This document shows, piece by piece, positions 8,776 to 18,530 of a stretch of DNA of 39,534 bases. Within the stretch, counting starts at the first letter, position 1. The number at the start of each line of letters is the position of its first letter. The position numbers were made by a program, and so were the translations under genes. Source of the stretch: Candidatus Poseidoniales archaeon (lineage in GTDB: Archaea > Thermoplasmatota > Poseidoniia > MGIII > CG-Epi1); the NCBI GenBank assembly GCA_045567975.1, contig JBJLBY010000007.1, positions 1-39,534 on the forward strand. Direction: 5' to 3'. The notes under the pieces are model-generated. The model did no database searches. It saw only the letters and a program-made list of their open reading frames with translations, and had not been told where the DNA came from.

Positions 8776-10278
8776 CTAGGCACCATAGCTATCAATGAAT
8801 ATAGACCGATAAGATGATGCTGCAGCTCTTATTCCAGCTAACAATATACCAAGTGATGCCGCCACAAATATGATACCTGCGAACAAACCGAGATCATGCT
8901 GAATTAGCATTACTGTAGCTGGTAAAATCAACAATATAGAGGAAAAAAGTGCAGAGGTGCCCATGAGCATGAACTGAACTAAAATATCAGGATTACCTCT
9001 ATCGCTCTCATCAAAATTGGCAAAAGCACTTCCAGCCCATACTCCTAGACCTGTGTTTGAGAAAGTTAAAATCAGCAAGCACATGCCAAAGAATAAAGTC
9101 ACCTTTAGAGGAAACTGCGCCAATATGCAAATGGGTAACCATATTGCAAGCAAACCTGGTATTGACATCATAATAATTGCTACAGCCTTTCCTTTCATTA
9201 TTAGATGTGATTCAACTGGATTAGACTTCATTATCCACATCCTCTTTCCCTCAACACCCAATATAGTTGAGCCTAGCATAGTACATTGCAAAAGAGAACC
9301 TAAATACAAACTAATTGCAAGCATCCCTGGATAGTATAGCTTAGGTGGTAAATCACCTACAGGTTCAGTTGGAATTCCAACCTTAAACCACCAGAATATC
9401 ATAATTAAAGATACTGAAAAAGTTGAGAATGCTGAACTCAAGAAATCTCTTTCTCTCAAAGATGAAGTTACTTCTTTTGAGCATATTGAAGAGGCACGAC
9501 GACCTAAAACTGATTTCAACCAGTCAAATTTAAGGATTCTAAATGGGTTCTTATGAAGTGATGAATTCAACTTGTAAGATTCTATAGCTTCTTCGAATAT
9601 TGAGTCCATATTGTAAAAGAATATCAACAAAAGAACTGTACACCCTAATACAACTGCAATAGAAATTTCAGGATAATTATGAGCCCCATTTGCAACAAAC
9701 ATCAGAGCTACTAAAAGTGGAGATAAAGTCATTAGAAATTGAAATTTACGTGAAAAAGGGTGAAGAGAACCAACTATGGAGAACATAAGTCCACAAAGTG
9801 AAGACAAGAACGATAGTAGAAATATAAGAACTAAAAATTCTATATCTAAAGGTATATCTGTGTTAGTAACAATCTTACCAATTGAAAATATAGTAAGAAA
9901 GGATATGAGTAAGATAATATTAGGAATTAAAATAGAAAAAAAAACACCTAACATAATTTGCCTAGGATATATTGGTTGAACTAAATGAATGTCCATTAAT
10001 TTTGATTTTATTACTTTTCTATACCCAATACCTGCAGATCTAAGAGTAAACAAAGCAAAGTAAATTAGCAATATTGTCCCGTAGCCTTCATTTGACCCTT
10101 CAGGAAAAAGCTCAGGATTATCTATAACGAATTTAAGAAGTCTAATACATGCAAAAGAAAATATGAATACTGTAATTCCTATGATTATCGTAGCAGCCAA
10201 TCTTTTTTTTAATGACTGAGAAGTCTTCCTTACTAAACTCCTGAATTCAGCTTCAAATATAGCGTAAGATGCACTCAT
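8776..10278 (-). CDS. polytopic integral membrane protein (about 12 TM), function unknown
   Basis: 500 aa, almost entirely hydrophobic helices. Its ATG overlaps the stop of the upstream 74-aa ORF (ATGA). It may be a permease-like protein, but no diagnostic motif was recognised. Confidence 0.6.
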   Translation of the reverse strand: MSASYAIFEAEFRSLVRKTSQSLKKRLAATIIIGITVFIFSFACIRLLKFVIDNPELFPEGSNEGYGTILLIYFALFTLRSAGIGYRKVIKSKLMDIHLVQPIYPRQIMLGVFFSILIPNIILLISFLTIFSIGKIVTNTDIPLDIEFLVLIFLLSFLSSLCGLMFSIVGSLHPFSRKFQFLMTLSPLLVALMFVANGAHNYPEISIAVVLGCTVLLLIFFYNMDSIFEEAIESYKLNSSLHKNPFRILKFDWLKSVLGRRASSICSKEVTSSLRERDFLSSAFSTFSVSLIMIFWWFKVGIPTEPVGDLPPKLYYPGMLAISLYLGSLLQCTMLGSTILGVEGKRMWIMKSNPVESHLIMKGKAVAIIMMSIPGLLAIWLPICILAQFPLKVTLFFGMCLLILTFSNTGLGVWAGSAFANFDESDRGNPDILVQFMLMGTSALFSSILLILPATVMLIQHDLGLFAGIIFVAASLGILLAGIRAAASSYRSIFIDSYGA

Positions 10279-10499
10279 CTACCAAGAGACTCCATAGCCC
10301 TATCCTTCTTAGTCGACTTTTTGAAGATTCTGTAACAATCTGCACACAGACCTACCTTTCGACTTGAACCTGAGAGACTAAGTTCTCCAGATTTTTCAGC
10401 CCTCTTTCTTGGTAAAGATCGTTTTACAGAATTAGCACAAGTACTTTGAGCACACACATCGTTTTCTTCATTGGACAGAGATATTTCCCTACGTTTCAT
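10275..10499 (-). CDS. small basic Cys4 protein (putative zinc-binding), translationally coupled to the membrane protein
   Basis: 74 aa, Lys/Arg-rich, with two Cys pairs (CAQSTC ... CADC). ATGA stop/start overlap with the 8776..10278 gene argues that it is translated. Confidence 0.45.
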   Translation of the reverse strand: MKRREISLSNEENDVCAQSTCANSVKRSLPRKRAEKSGELSLSGSSRKVGLCADCYRIFKKSTKKDRAMESLGR

Positions 10500-10540
10500 C
10501 TATCTACCACTATACTTATGACACTTAAAAGATTACGGCA

Positions 10541-10765
10541 TCATTTTTCTAATGACAAACCCGTTGAATGTGATATACTATTTCCGCATTTAGAACAGAA
10601 ATTAAGGTCTTTACCGGCCATTGAAAAATCACAAGATGGACAAGAAACTTTCTGTTTAATTATTTTTTTGTTATCTTCCTGTTTTCTATACTTAAGAGCA
10701 TAACCAATCAGTAATAATAACAAAATTACACTCTGGCTGTAACATACCAATTCTTCAAAGTCCAC
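10541..10765 (-). CDS. membrane-anchored zinc-ribbon protein
   Basis: 74 aa. One N-terminal TM helix (VILLLLLIGYAL) followed by CPSC-x13-CSKC, a canonical zinc-ribbon spacing. Confidence 0.5.
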   Translation of the reverse strand: MDFEELVCYSQSVILLLLLIGYALKYRKQEDNKKIIKQKVSCPSCDFSMAGKDLNFCSKCGNSISHSTGLSLEK

Positions 10766-10796
10766 GATTGTGTAGAACTAAGACTCTATAACTGTT

Positions 10797-11981
10797 TTAC
10801 TGTAAAGTAATATCTGGCATCAAAGGACGGGCTGCAAAACCCTTCAACGCAAAATTGCTACCTTCACCAACTCTGCACACAAACAAATCACGATGATGTC
10901 GAATTAATCCAAATTCATCTAAAGAAGCTACACCTCCGCACACTTCCATAGCCATTGTCAAATGATCTGATGCTTTGCGTGAACACTCAATCTTGACTTT
11001 AGCTGCAGATTCTCTATCTAAGGTTTCATCATCGTATCTATTAGTCAAATCAATTAACCATGTTAAACCTTGCTCTAAGGTTATATCCATATCTATAACT
11101 ACATCTTGTACTCTCTGGAAACTACCTATTGGAACTCCAAACTGTTCCCTATCTTGTGCATAAAATCGACACTTATCAAGCCCAAAGGCTAGAGATGCTA
11201 AGGACATGCCTGCAATGAATAAACGCCCACCGTTCAATGTCTGCGCCATTACCTTAAATCCTTCATTTTCTTTACCCAAAATAGAATCACTAGAGACTCT
11301 AACATTATCGAATGATATTGATCCAGTCGAAGATTGAGACCACAAATCCTTGCCTGCCATTTCTTGATAGGAAACATTGGAATCATCCATTGGAACAATG
11401 AAGCAAGTTGTCCGATAACCTGGTTTCGAATCCGGACTTGTCATAGCATGGACAACTACATGGCTTGACCACTTGGCATTAGTTGACCAACATTTTTCCC
11501 CTTTAATTATCCAATCATTACCATCTTTTGTTGCAGTTACTTGAGGATTAGTTGCATCTGAACCTCTACCTGGTTCTGATAAGCCAAAAACAAACATTCT
11601 CTTTCCAGCTGCTAAATCAGGAAGATGAGCTGCCTTTTGTTGCTCAGTACCAAACAATTGCAATGGCTTAGCTCCTAGTGACATTGCTGCACCTGGAGTT
11701 ATAGCTAAAGATTGAGATTGATATCCTAAGGCTAAACCCATCAAAATTAAATCTAATTGATTACCCCCTTGACCACCATATTTTCCAGCTACCGTAACTC
11801 CGAAAAGACCCATTTGACCCATTTCTTCAATAATATTTTCTGGAATGAGCTGATGATTACGTTCCCAATCTAAATAATTAGGTTCTATTCTTTCATCAAC
11901 AAAATCACATAATGCCCTGTAAAAAGTCATCGAATCGGAAGATACTAATCTTTCCAAATAATGATCAACGCGCCTTACCAT
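10797..11981 (-). CDS. acyl-CoA dehydrogenase family protein
   Basis: ACAD pattern across the whole length (FGLSEPGRGSDATN, KCWSTNA, FGVPIGSFQRVQD, EGSNF). The maximal ORF reaches 12098 but overlaps the upstream MFS gene. ATG at 11981 gives a typical length of about 394 aa and a 32-nt spacer. Confidence 0.85.
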   Translation of the reverse strand: MVRRVDHYLERLVSSDSMTFYRALCDFVDERIEPNYLDWERNHQLIPENIIEEMGQMGLFGVTVAGKYGGQGGNQLDLILMGLALGYQSQSLAITPGAAMSLGAKPLQLFGTEQQKAAHLPDLAAGKRMFVFGLSEPGRGSDATNPQVTATKDGNDWIIKGEKCWSTNAKWSSHVVVHAMTSPDSKPGYRTTCFIVPMDDSNVSYQEMAGKDLWSQSSTGSISFDNVRVSSDSILGKENEGFKVMAQTLNGGRLFIAGMSLASLAFGLDKCRFYAQDREQFGVPIGSFQRVQDVVIDMDITLEQGLTWLIDLTNRYDDETLDRESAAKVKIECSRKASDHLTMAMEVCGGVASLDEFGLIRHHRDLFVCRVGEGSNFALKGFAARPLMPDITLQ

Positions 11982-12012
11982 AAAACTCTTACAAAGATAT
12001 CCGTTAAAGTGG

Positions 12013-13569
12013 TTATCGTGAGCGCCCGATAGCTCCACGTGGAGGTTCTGGCTCATAATCTGCTTGTAACTCTGGTGGCCATTCTCTAGGCTCATCATCT
12101 ACACCTTGAAGAATAATATAGCCAATAATCATTACAACAAACAAGAAACCCATCGCGGCAGGTCTTCCAAAACCAAAAGTTCCAACTATTATTCCCCACG
12201 ATAATGGACCTATTATTGTAGCAAAACGTCCAACCATACTGTAAAGGCCATAGAACTGGCCAATGTACCTTGGTGGTGTAAGGACTAGCATGTAAGGTCT
12301 GTCGGCACACCATGTCCCCCCAAGAGCCACACCTGCTAAAAATGGTGCAATCCATATCATCCATTGAGGTAAACCTAACCATACTGTAGAAATTAAGAGT
12401 GTAAAAGTAGCAAACCAAACCCAAAGAACGGCATTCAATGTAGTCTTTGGACCTATGATATCTACCAAGTATCCCCAAAGGAATCCACTAAGAATTGAGC
12501 TCAAGATTCCTATTGTCATATATCCAGTAATATCTGCAGTACTCATACCAAATTCTTCACTTACATAAATCGCTGCAAAAGCTGTTGCTGTATTTGCTGC
12601 GTCTGTGTAGAAAACTCTACCAACTAAGAATCTAGAAAGCCCTGGAAATTGATCTAACATTCCCAATGTTTGTTTTAATTGCTGAAATGTGCCTGCAACT
12701 GCGGTTTTAAGCGAACCCTCTTTGAATAAAGGTGTTGTAGGGGCTTGAAAGTAAAATAAAAAACAAATCATGGCACAAAAAACTAACAAATAACTAATTA
12801 AACCTTCCATAATCCAAGAATTAAGAAGCAAAACTAGAGACATAATAATCATCATACCTGGCCAAAAACTGTCTTCTTTGGTTTCTTTAACAAATATAAA
12901 ACAAGGTATAGCAAAAATGAAAAAAAGTAAAGCTGTTGCTTGGAAAATTGTAGTAAAAGGAAAACCAAAAATTTCAATCAGTAAATAACCTGCTGCAACA
13001 CCTACTGCTGAACCAATATAACCAATACCAATACCAATTCCTCCAACTCTCCCTCTATTGCCTGGTGTAGAAATAGTTGCTAAAGTGGAATCGTAAAAAA
13101 TTAAACCTGCCTGATAAAAATAATTCGCAAGGATAAAAAAACCTAGAGACACTAGTAAGGTCGTTCGACTATCCCATTCAACATGCTTATATCCCAGCAA
13201 AGCAGTAAAAGCAACACAAAGAAGAGTTGTATAAAATAAAAATGGCATACGACGCCGAGCTTGATCAGATAATGCACCAATGATTGGTGCAGTCAAAAAT
13301 ACTAAAGCCATTGACAAAGCATTAGCAAATGCATAATCTGAATCAGTACCTCCAATTTCATCGCTTATAACCCATAAACTAAAGTAAAATGAAACTATTA
13401 GAATAGAAAAAATAGTGTTTCCTAAGTCATAGAAAGCCCAAGAGACTATACTAAAAATAGACGCCTTAGTTGTTATAGGTTCTTTAGGTTTTCTAGCTTC
13501 TTCTCTAAATTCTCTTACTTTTTCCCTAAACTCTTTTGTTTTGGCACGGATACGTTTGGCTGGACCCAT
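12013..13569 (-). CDS. MFS transporter, UMF1 / Atg22-like family
   Basis: 518 aa with about 12 TM helices. N-terminal family signature SWAFYDLGNTIFS. Charged N-terminal cytoplasmic tail. Confidence 0.75.
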   Translation of the reverse strand: MGPAKRIRAKTKEFREKVREFREEARKPKEPITTKASIFSIVSWAFYDLGNTIFSILIVSFYFSLWVISDEIGGTDSDYAFANALSMALVFLTAPIIGALSDQARRRMPFLFYTTLLCVAFTALLGYKHVEWDSRTTLLVSLGFFILANYFYQAGLIFYDSTLATISTPGNRGRVGGIGIGIGYIGSAVGVAAGYLLIEIFGFPFTTIFQATALLFFIFAIPCFIFVKETKEDSFWPGMMIIMSLVLLLNSWIMEGLISYLLVFCAMICFLFYFQAPTTPLFKEGSLKTAVAGTFQQLKQTLGMLDQFPGLSRFLVGRVFYTDAANTATAFAAIYVSEEFGMSTADITGYMTIGILSSILSGFLWGYLVDIIGPKTTLNAVLWVWFATFTLLISTVWLGLPQWMIWIAPFLAGVALGGTWCADRPYMLVLTPPRYIGQFYGLYSMVGRFATIIGPLSWGIIVGTFGFGRPAAMGFLFVVMIIGYIILQGVDDEPREWPPELQADYEPEPPRGAIGRSR

Positions 13570-13573
13570 TCAA

Positions 13574-14767
13574 TTACTCGTCACTAGTTACTTCTGAATT
13601 AAGAGAAGCTTGAATCTCCCTTAAACGTTTATCTTCTGCTCGAGCATCTGCATGGCCAGCTTCTACATCGACCATGTACAAAAGAACTAAGCCAATAAGT
13701 AATAATACGGCTATACTAAAAATACCAACACGACTGTCATACATAACCACCATAAGGAAGTAGAGTGTGGGTCCAATAAATGCTGCAACTTTACCAAAGA
13801 ATCCAAAGAAACCAAAGAATTCGGTACTACGCGTTTCTGGTATAATTTGTCCAAAAATACTACGTGATAAACCCTGTGAACCACCAAGTAGTGTTCCCAT
13901 CATGGCTCCTAAAAGTAAAAACTGTAAAAATACAGTCATGCCTAATGGTGCCCAAATATTATCTCGAACCCATACAGGTATAAAATCAATAGAACCATCT
14001 CCAAGGTTCGTAGGATGATTTACACCTACATTATTTTCTCCATCTAAAGGGCCACCTAATACACTAGCACTAAAGCGAGTATCATCTATTGAAACCAAAA
14101 AGGCCTCAATATCTGAATTATCAATATCTGTCAAATTATTTGTAAAATTTACCCACTCTCCATCTACTGTATCTCCATAATTCCAGGATTGTGTCTTAGT
14201 CTTAGTACTATATTCTAATGGAAGTACATTTTTCCACTCATCTGCCCAAGCCTGTTCATCAAACTCTCCATCCCCATAATCCAGTTTCTGTGCAATCTCG
14301 GGAGTATAATAATCAACATGAACCTCGTAAAATCCGACAGGCTGTTCCCCCTCGTTTTCAGAAGCAAATTCATTCCACTCGTAGAGAATAAAATATTCCT
14401 CATGTTCTTCTAATTCAAGAGGAACAAAAGCAAGTGCAGCAAAGCAAAGAATCACCCAACCAATTATAGAAACTGTAAGTGCTTTCTTAGTTCCAATTTT
14501 ATCTGCAAATTTTGTAAAAGCTACTGCAGAAGGTGCTGCAATAAATTGTATTACTAAAATTGTGATTATCAATTCAGTAGTTGTAACACCAAGGACTGTT
14601 GTACCAAAGACGCCACCTAAAGCCGTAACTGTATTTATACCATCTATGAAAAAGAAATAAGCTAACATATACAAAAATAAATTTGGGAATTTTTTGATAT
14701 CTCTTAACGTCTGTGTCACTTCACTTACTGCAAATTTTGCAGCCTTTCTAAACTTCATTGATTCCAA
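13574..14767 (-). CDS. MFS transporter (UMF1/Atg22-like), C-terminal half carrying a roughly 170-aa acidic loop insertion; frame-broken from its N-terminal half
   Basis: It starts in the typical mid-protein linker (LRDIKKFPNLFLYMLAYFFFIDG). This frame is already open upstream as ...CGVPEPPIENELESMKF. See the finding on the frameshift at 14794-14797. Confidence 0.65.
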   Translation of the reverse strand: MESMKFRKAAKFAVSEVTQTLRDIKKFPNLFLYMLAYFFFIDGINTVTALGGVFGTTVLGVTTTELIITILVIQFIAAPSAVAFTKFADKIGTKKALTVSIIGWVILCFAALAFVPLELEEHEEYFILYEWNEFASENEGEQPVGFYEVHVDYYTPEIAQKLDYGDGEFDEQAWADEWKNVLPLEYSTKTKTQSWNYGDTVDGEWVNFTNNLTDIDNSDIEAFLVSIDDTRFSASVLGGPLDGENNVGVNHPTNLGDGSIDFIPVWVRDNIWAPLGMTVFLQFLLLGAMMGTLLGGSQGLSRSIFGQIIPETRSTEFFGFFGFFGKVAAFIGPTLYFLMVVMYDSRVGIFSIAVLLLIGLVLLYMVDVEAGHADARAEDKRLREIQASLNSEVTSDE

Positions 14768-14768
14768 T

Positions 14769-15461
14769 TCATTTTCTATAGGGGGTTCTGGAACCCCACA
14801 TAAAAGTCAAGAGAGCAAAACCATACCACCATATTCCCGCTGTTGCCATACAGAATGGTATTACTGAGGCTCCAAGTGTCAAAAATAGACCCATATGAAT
14901 CAAAAGAAGAATGCCACCTCCCAAGTATCCATAAGCAAATGCTCGGTTTGAAATATCATCCATTTCATTTTCTTTACCCAAATGAGGTAAAAGAGAATTA
15001 TAGAAAACACCAGCACCATTAAGACCAATATTAGCCAAAAGAAACATTACCATTAACCAAATCCAAGAAGCATTACCAAAAAATGGTGCAAAAGCTAAAA
15101 GGAAAGTTGCCCCAGCACCAACATAAGTCATAATCTTCAACCATTTAATTTTTATCAAACGCCTGTCTGCTATAACTCCAAAAGGAGGACTAACTATTGC
15201 AACAATCAATGTAGCAATAGCTACGGTTAGAGACCACACAGCATCCCCAGTCATTGTTATAGATCCAATAGTTGCAGTTAGACCATTAGCCTCAAGAAAC
15301 AGATATGCGTACCAAGCCGGAAGTAATGCAACTGTAACACTAGTCTCAAAAGCAGATTTACCCCAATCATAGAAACCATATCCACTGATTGCCTTTTCTT
15401 TATCCTCGGGAAGATCTTTTAATTTTGAACCTAAACTGAATAATCTAGTGATTGGGTCCAT
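14769..15461 (-). CDS. MFS transporter (UMF1/Atg22-like), N-terminal six-TM half
   Basis: 230 aa with signature YGFYDWGKSAFETS and 6 TM helices. It ends in a stop 1 nt from the start of the next ORF, which encodes the second half of the same family. Confidence 0.65.
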   Translation of the reverse strand: MDPITRLFSLGSKLKDLPEDKEKAISGYGFYDWGKSAFETSVTVALLPAWYAYLFLEANGLTATIGSITMTGDAVWSLTVAIATLIVAIVSPPFGVIADRRLIKIKWLKIMTYVGAGATFLLAFAPFFGNASWIWLMVMFLLANIGLNGAGVFYNSLLPHLGKENEMDDISNRAFAYGYLGGGILLLIHMGLFLTLGASVIPFCMATAGIWWYGFALLTFMWGSRTPYRK

Positions 15462-15511
15462 GTTACTGAATAAAGGTGCCCTGTTAAAAATAGATAACCT
15501 CTACGTTTTTT

Positions 15512-15529
15512 AAAAAAACAGGGAAAAAA
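15512..15529 (-). terminator. oligo-T tracts directly after the guaA-A stop (putative archaeal terminator)
   Basis: The minus strand reads TAG-ATATTTTTTCCCTGTTTTTTTA, that is T6 and T7 runs within 25 nt of the stop. Archaeal RNAP terminates at oligo-T. A TATA-like TTATCTATTTTTAA (15485-15498) follows for the MFS gene. Confidence 0.3.
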
Positions 15530-15532
15530 TAT

Positions 15533-16126
15533 CTACATTTTATTCCATTCCAAGGCTTTGTCCAAAAAATTCTTGAAAATTTCAGAACCGTGCTCAGTAT
15601 GTTCTACCTCAGGGTGATACTGTACACCTGCAAACGGTAGCGATTCATGCTGAATGACCTGAACTGGACAAGCATCCGAAGAAGCCATCAATCTAAAGTT
15701 TGAAGGCATCTCATGAATTTCATCATTATGTGACTCCCAAACATTGAAATCTTTTGGAAACCCCGATAAAATCCAACCCTCTTCAATCAATGTAACTAAT
15801 GAAGAACCAAACTCAGGGATTTGAGCCGGACCTGCTTTACCTCCAAAATGCGTTGCCAAATATTGATGGCCAACACATATTCCCAAAATAGGCCACTTTT
15901 CCGAATCAATATATTCTGATGTTAAACCTAAGGCCTCTGATTCTGTCTCAATACGGGGTGCACCTCCAGATAATACTAATGCTTTGAATCGCTCTAATTC
16001 CTCAATGGGTGTAACATTAGAAACAATCTCAGATCTACAACCTAAATAATTCAAAACACGATACTCTCTATGAGTCCATTGACCTCCATTATCAACAACT
16101 GCGATTGGGAAGTTCTCGTAAGTCAT
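15533..16126 (-). CDS. guaAA: GMP synthase (glutamine-hydrolysing) subunit A, class-I glutamine amidotransferase
   Basis: 197 aa, stand-alone GATase. Nucleophile elbow ILGICVGHQ and the His-Glu pair in QYHPEVEHT. The N-terminus IAVVDNGGQWTHREYRVL is typical of the archaeal split GuaA. Confidence 0.8.
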   Translation of the reverse strand: MTYENFPIAVVDNGGQWTHREYRVLNYLGCRSEIVSNVTPIEELERFKALVLSGGAPRIETESEALGLTSEYIDSEKWPILGICVGHQYLATHFGGKAGPAQIPEFGSSLVTLIEEGWILSGFPKDFNVWESHNDEIHEMPSNFRLMASSDACPVQVIQHESLPFAGVQYHPEVEHTEHGSEIFKNFLDKALEWNKM

Positions 16127-16160
16127 TACATTCTCATAAAGGTGACTCTAAAAAGTAATA

Positions 16161-18481
16161 CTATGATGGAATGTTAGCCTTAAGCCTGCTTAATCTATCT
16201 TCACGCTCTAATGTGAATTTATCTATTGCTTCTAAGACCCAACGAGGACTCAAGTGAGCTTCATCAATAATTTCATCAACACTGCCACCAGTTCTCCAAT
16301 TATTATCCCAATCAGGAGAAACGGAATATTCAGATACTAAACGATTAGAAATCCAATTGTGCATAACTCTTAAACCTGTATTAGTAACGATCATTGAATC
16401 AGACCATTCTGTCTCCGAGATTATTGAATCTCTGTATTTCTTTGACTGCATTTGGAACAATTCCCATGAGATTGCTGATACAATTTTTACATTATGCTTT
16501 TGACCTAACTCTTCTAATATTGAAACAATTGTATTAGTTGAGCTAGTGCCCCTTACAATGACCACACCTTTCTTTAGGTCTAGAATCATAATCTCTAATC
16601 AAATAAGCTCCTTTTGAGGCATCCAAATGGCTTGCAATACCCAATTTCTCTCTATCTGGAACTTCAATTGGAGGTCTTGTCAAGTGCAAAGCTACAATCG
16701 GAACGTCTGTAGAGAAAGCAGCCGCAAGAGATGGTGCAACATCATTGTGCTCCCAAGGGTGTAAATTAATTATGTGGCCATTTGGAAATAATTGAGTAAC
16801 GCCTGGTGCAAATATACCAAAATGAGTGCGACTATCCTCTGCGGTTTCAGGACCTGAATGTCCTGCAATCCACAACAATTTTCCTACTTTAATTTGTGAG
16901 TCTTGCGCAACCTGACTAAACAATCGAATTGCACCATATTTTAGATAACTAAATGACCCATATGTACTGAATGAACCAATAAAGCCATTATATTGCTCTA
17001 ATGTATCATTGTTGAAATTTACGGTTGATAAACCTGCCATCATACCTGCATTCGCAAATTCAGTTATACCTTGTGGCATCAATGGTGAGTTTGGATTTGT
17101 AATCTTATCATACATGCCTAAATCCTCCCATATCTCCCCAACCTTTTGCAAAGCCCGAAATATTTGTTGAGCCTGCAAGGTCTGCAGACATTGCAACAAA
17201 CAAAGGCCCTCCCACATTTTTTACGACTACGTGAATTAATCCAAGAAGCTATCTTAGAAAAGCCCAACACGATTTGGTATCTTAGTTCCAGGTTCGGCAA
17301 ATACTTCATCAGGATAATTTTCAAAATCAAATATTTCCTTATCATTTAAAGGATTAGACTCATTTACCTTACATTCATCTATATCCATGGGCACTGAATC
17401 TCCTAATTCAACTAATCTATCTGCTAAATAATCAATTAATTCTTGGTTATTACGCATAACAGCAATTACTGTATTGAAATAATTTTTTGCCTGTATAACT
17501 TGCTCTTCACGTGTCTCTGCCGCAACTTCGCCTGAATTACTAAATGAAATATCATACTTTTCTTCGAAGTCTGATTTCGTTTTCCAAAATAATTCTGAAT
17601 TACGCTTGTGAGGAACTCCGTGTGATTTTTCATCGAAAACATGATAGCCGCGTCCTTTACGAGATTTAGCATAAATCATCTTTGGAATATTATCTTGAGC
17701 ATTGCCAACTACTAAATCATAATATGCTTCAGTAAAGGATGACCAATCTTCATTATCTTCAGTTCCCTCAACATGCCAACCCACTAGTTTCAAACAATTC
17801 TTTAGGAGTTGATTTTACAATAGAACTAAATGGACGACTATCTATACCAAAATCATTCCAATCTACGTAATAGATAATATTTCCAAGACCAAGACCCCAC
17901 GAAGAATTCAATGTTTCATGAGTAACGCCAGTGCTCAGACCACCTTCACCTTCAAAAGCAAATACTTTGACCTCATCAGTTCCAGCCAATTTATGAGCTA
18001 AGGCCTCTCCTGCTGCGGCAGGTGAACCATGTCCACTAGGGCCTGTATTAAATTTGAAAAATAATGTTTTACCTTCCATTTCAGCATGTCCAGGTAAACC
18101 TTTATTCTTACGTAATGTTAGTAAATCTTCCCAGACCAGCTGGAATTCATCTGCATTTCGAACTTGATATTTAGGATCTTTAGTTTGCTCAAATTTCACC
18201 CTAAGTGCTTCATTTAAGACAGCTAAGGTTGCATAGACCATAGGATTGTCATGACCTGCTACCAAAACAAATCTATCTGCAAACCTCTTAGTTGGGTCTC
18301 TCAGATCCCAACGCATGGCGCCTGAAAGAAGTGTGATAAGCATTCCATGAACTTTAGAACGTGATCCTCCAGGATGTCCACTTTGACTCAAATTCAAAGT
18401 TATATCGATACATTGATCGATTAAATCCTTAGTTATTTCCCAAAATTTATAATCTTTTTCCAATACGCTTGGCTTGTCCAT
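16161..18481 (-). pseudogene. transketolase-family (TPP-dependent) gene disrupted by at least 5 single-nt frameshifts
   Basis: Four track ORFs (17768..18481, 17254..17793, 16543..17217, 16161..16589), plus pieces in two other frames, tile one transketolase-like protein of about 770 aa. The pieces are: TPP-binding SGHPGGS...GHDNPMVYA...GPSGHG...FEGEGG; then GWHVEG...KSRKGRGY...KSHGVPH; then (other frames) GFSKIASWINS and GGPLFVAMSADLAGSTNISGFAKGWG; then the pyrimidine-binding domain GITEFANAGMMAGL...IAGHSGPETAEDSRTHFG; then the C-terminal domain KGVVIVRGTSST. Confidence 0.75.
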
Positions 18482-18530
18482 GATTATTCATCAAGTGATA
18501 TATGTGTTTTGTGGAAGCTTCGGTTAACGA

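Noticed and set aside
12095-12478. 127-aa ORF overlapping the 3' part of the MFS gene
   Set aside because: It is out of frame and nested in the 12-TM MFS ORF. Its translation is Cys/Trp/Tyr-rich with no features.
15503-15518. Palindrome GTTTTTTAAAAAAAC between guaA-A and the MFS gene as a regulator binding site
   Set aside because: It consists purely of A/T homopolymers. It is more simply explained as oligo-T terminator tracts (on the minus strand) in an AT-rich spacer.
17118-17349. ORFs 17118..17345 (-) and 17146..17349 (+) treated as independent genes
   Set aside because: The minus ORF contains only a short genuine transketolase segment (GFSKIASWINS) and is then out of frame, so it is part of the frameshifted pseudogene path. 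The plus ORF is antisense noise.
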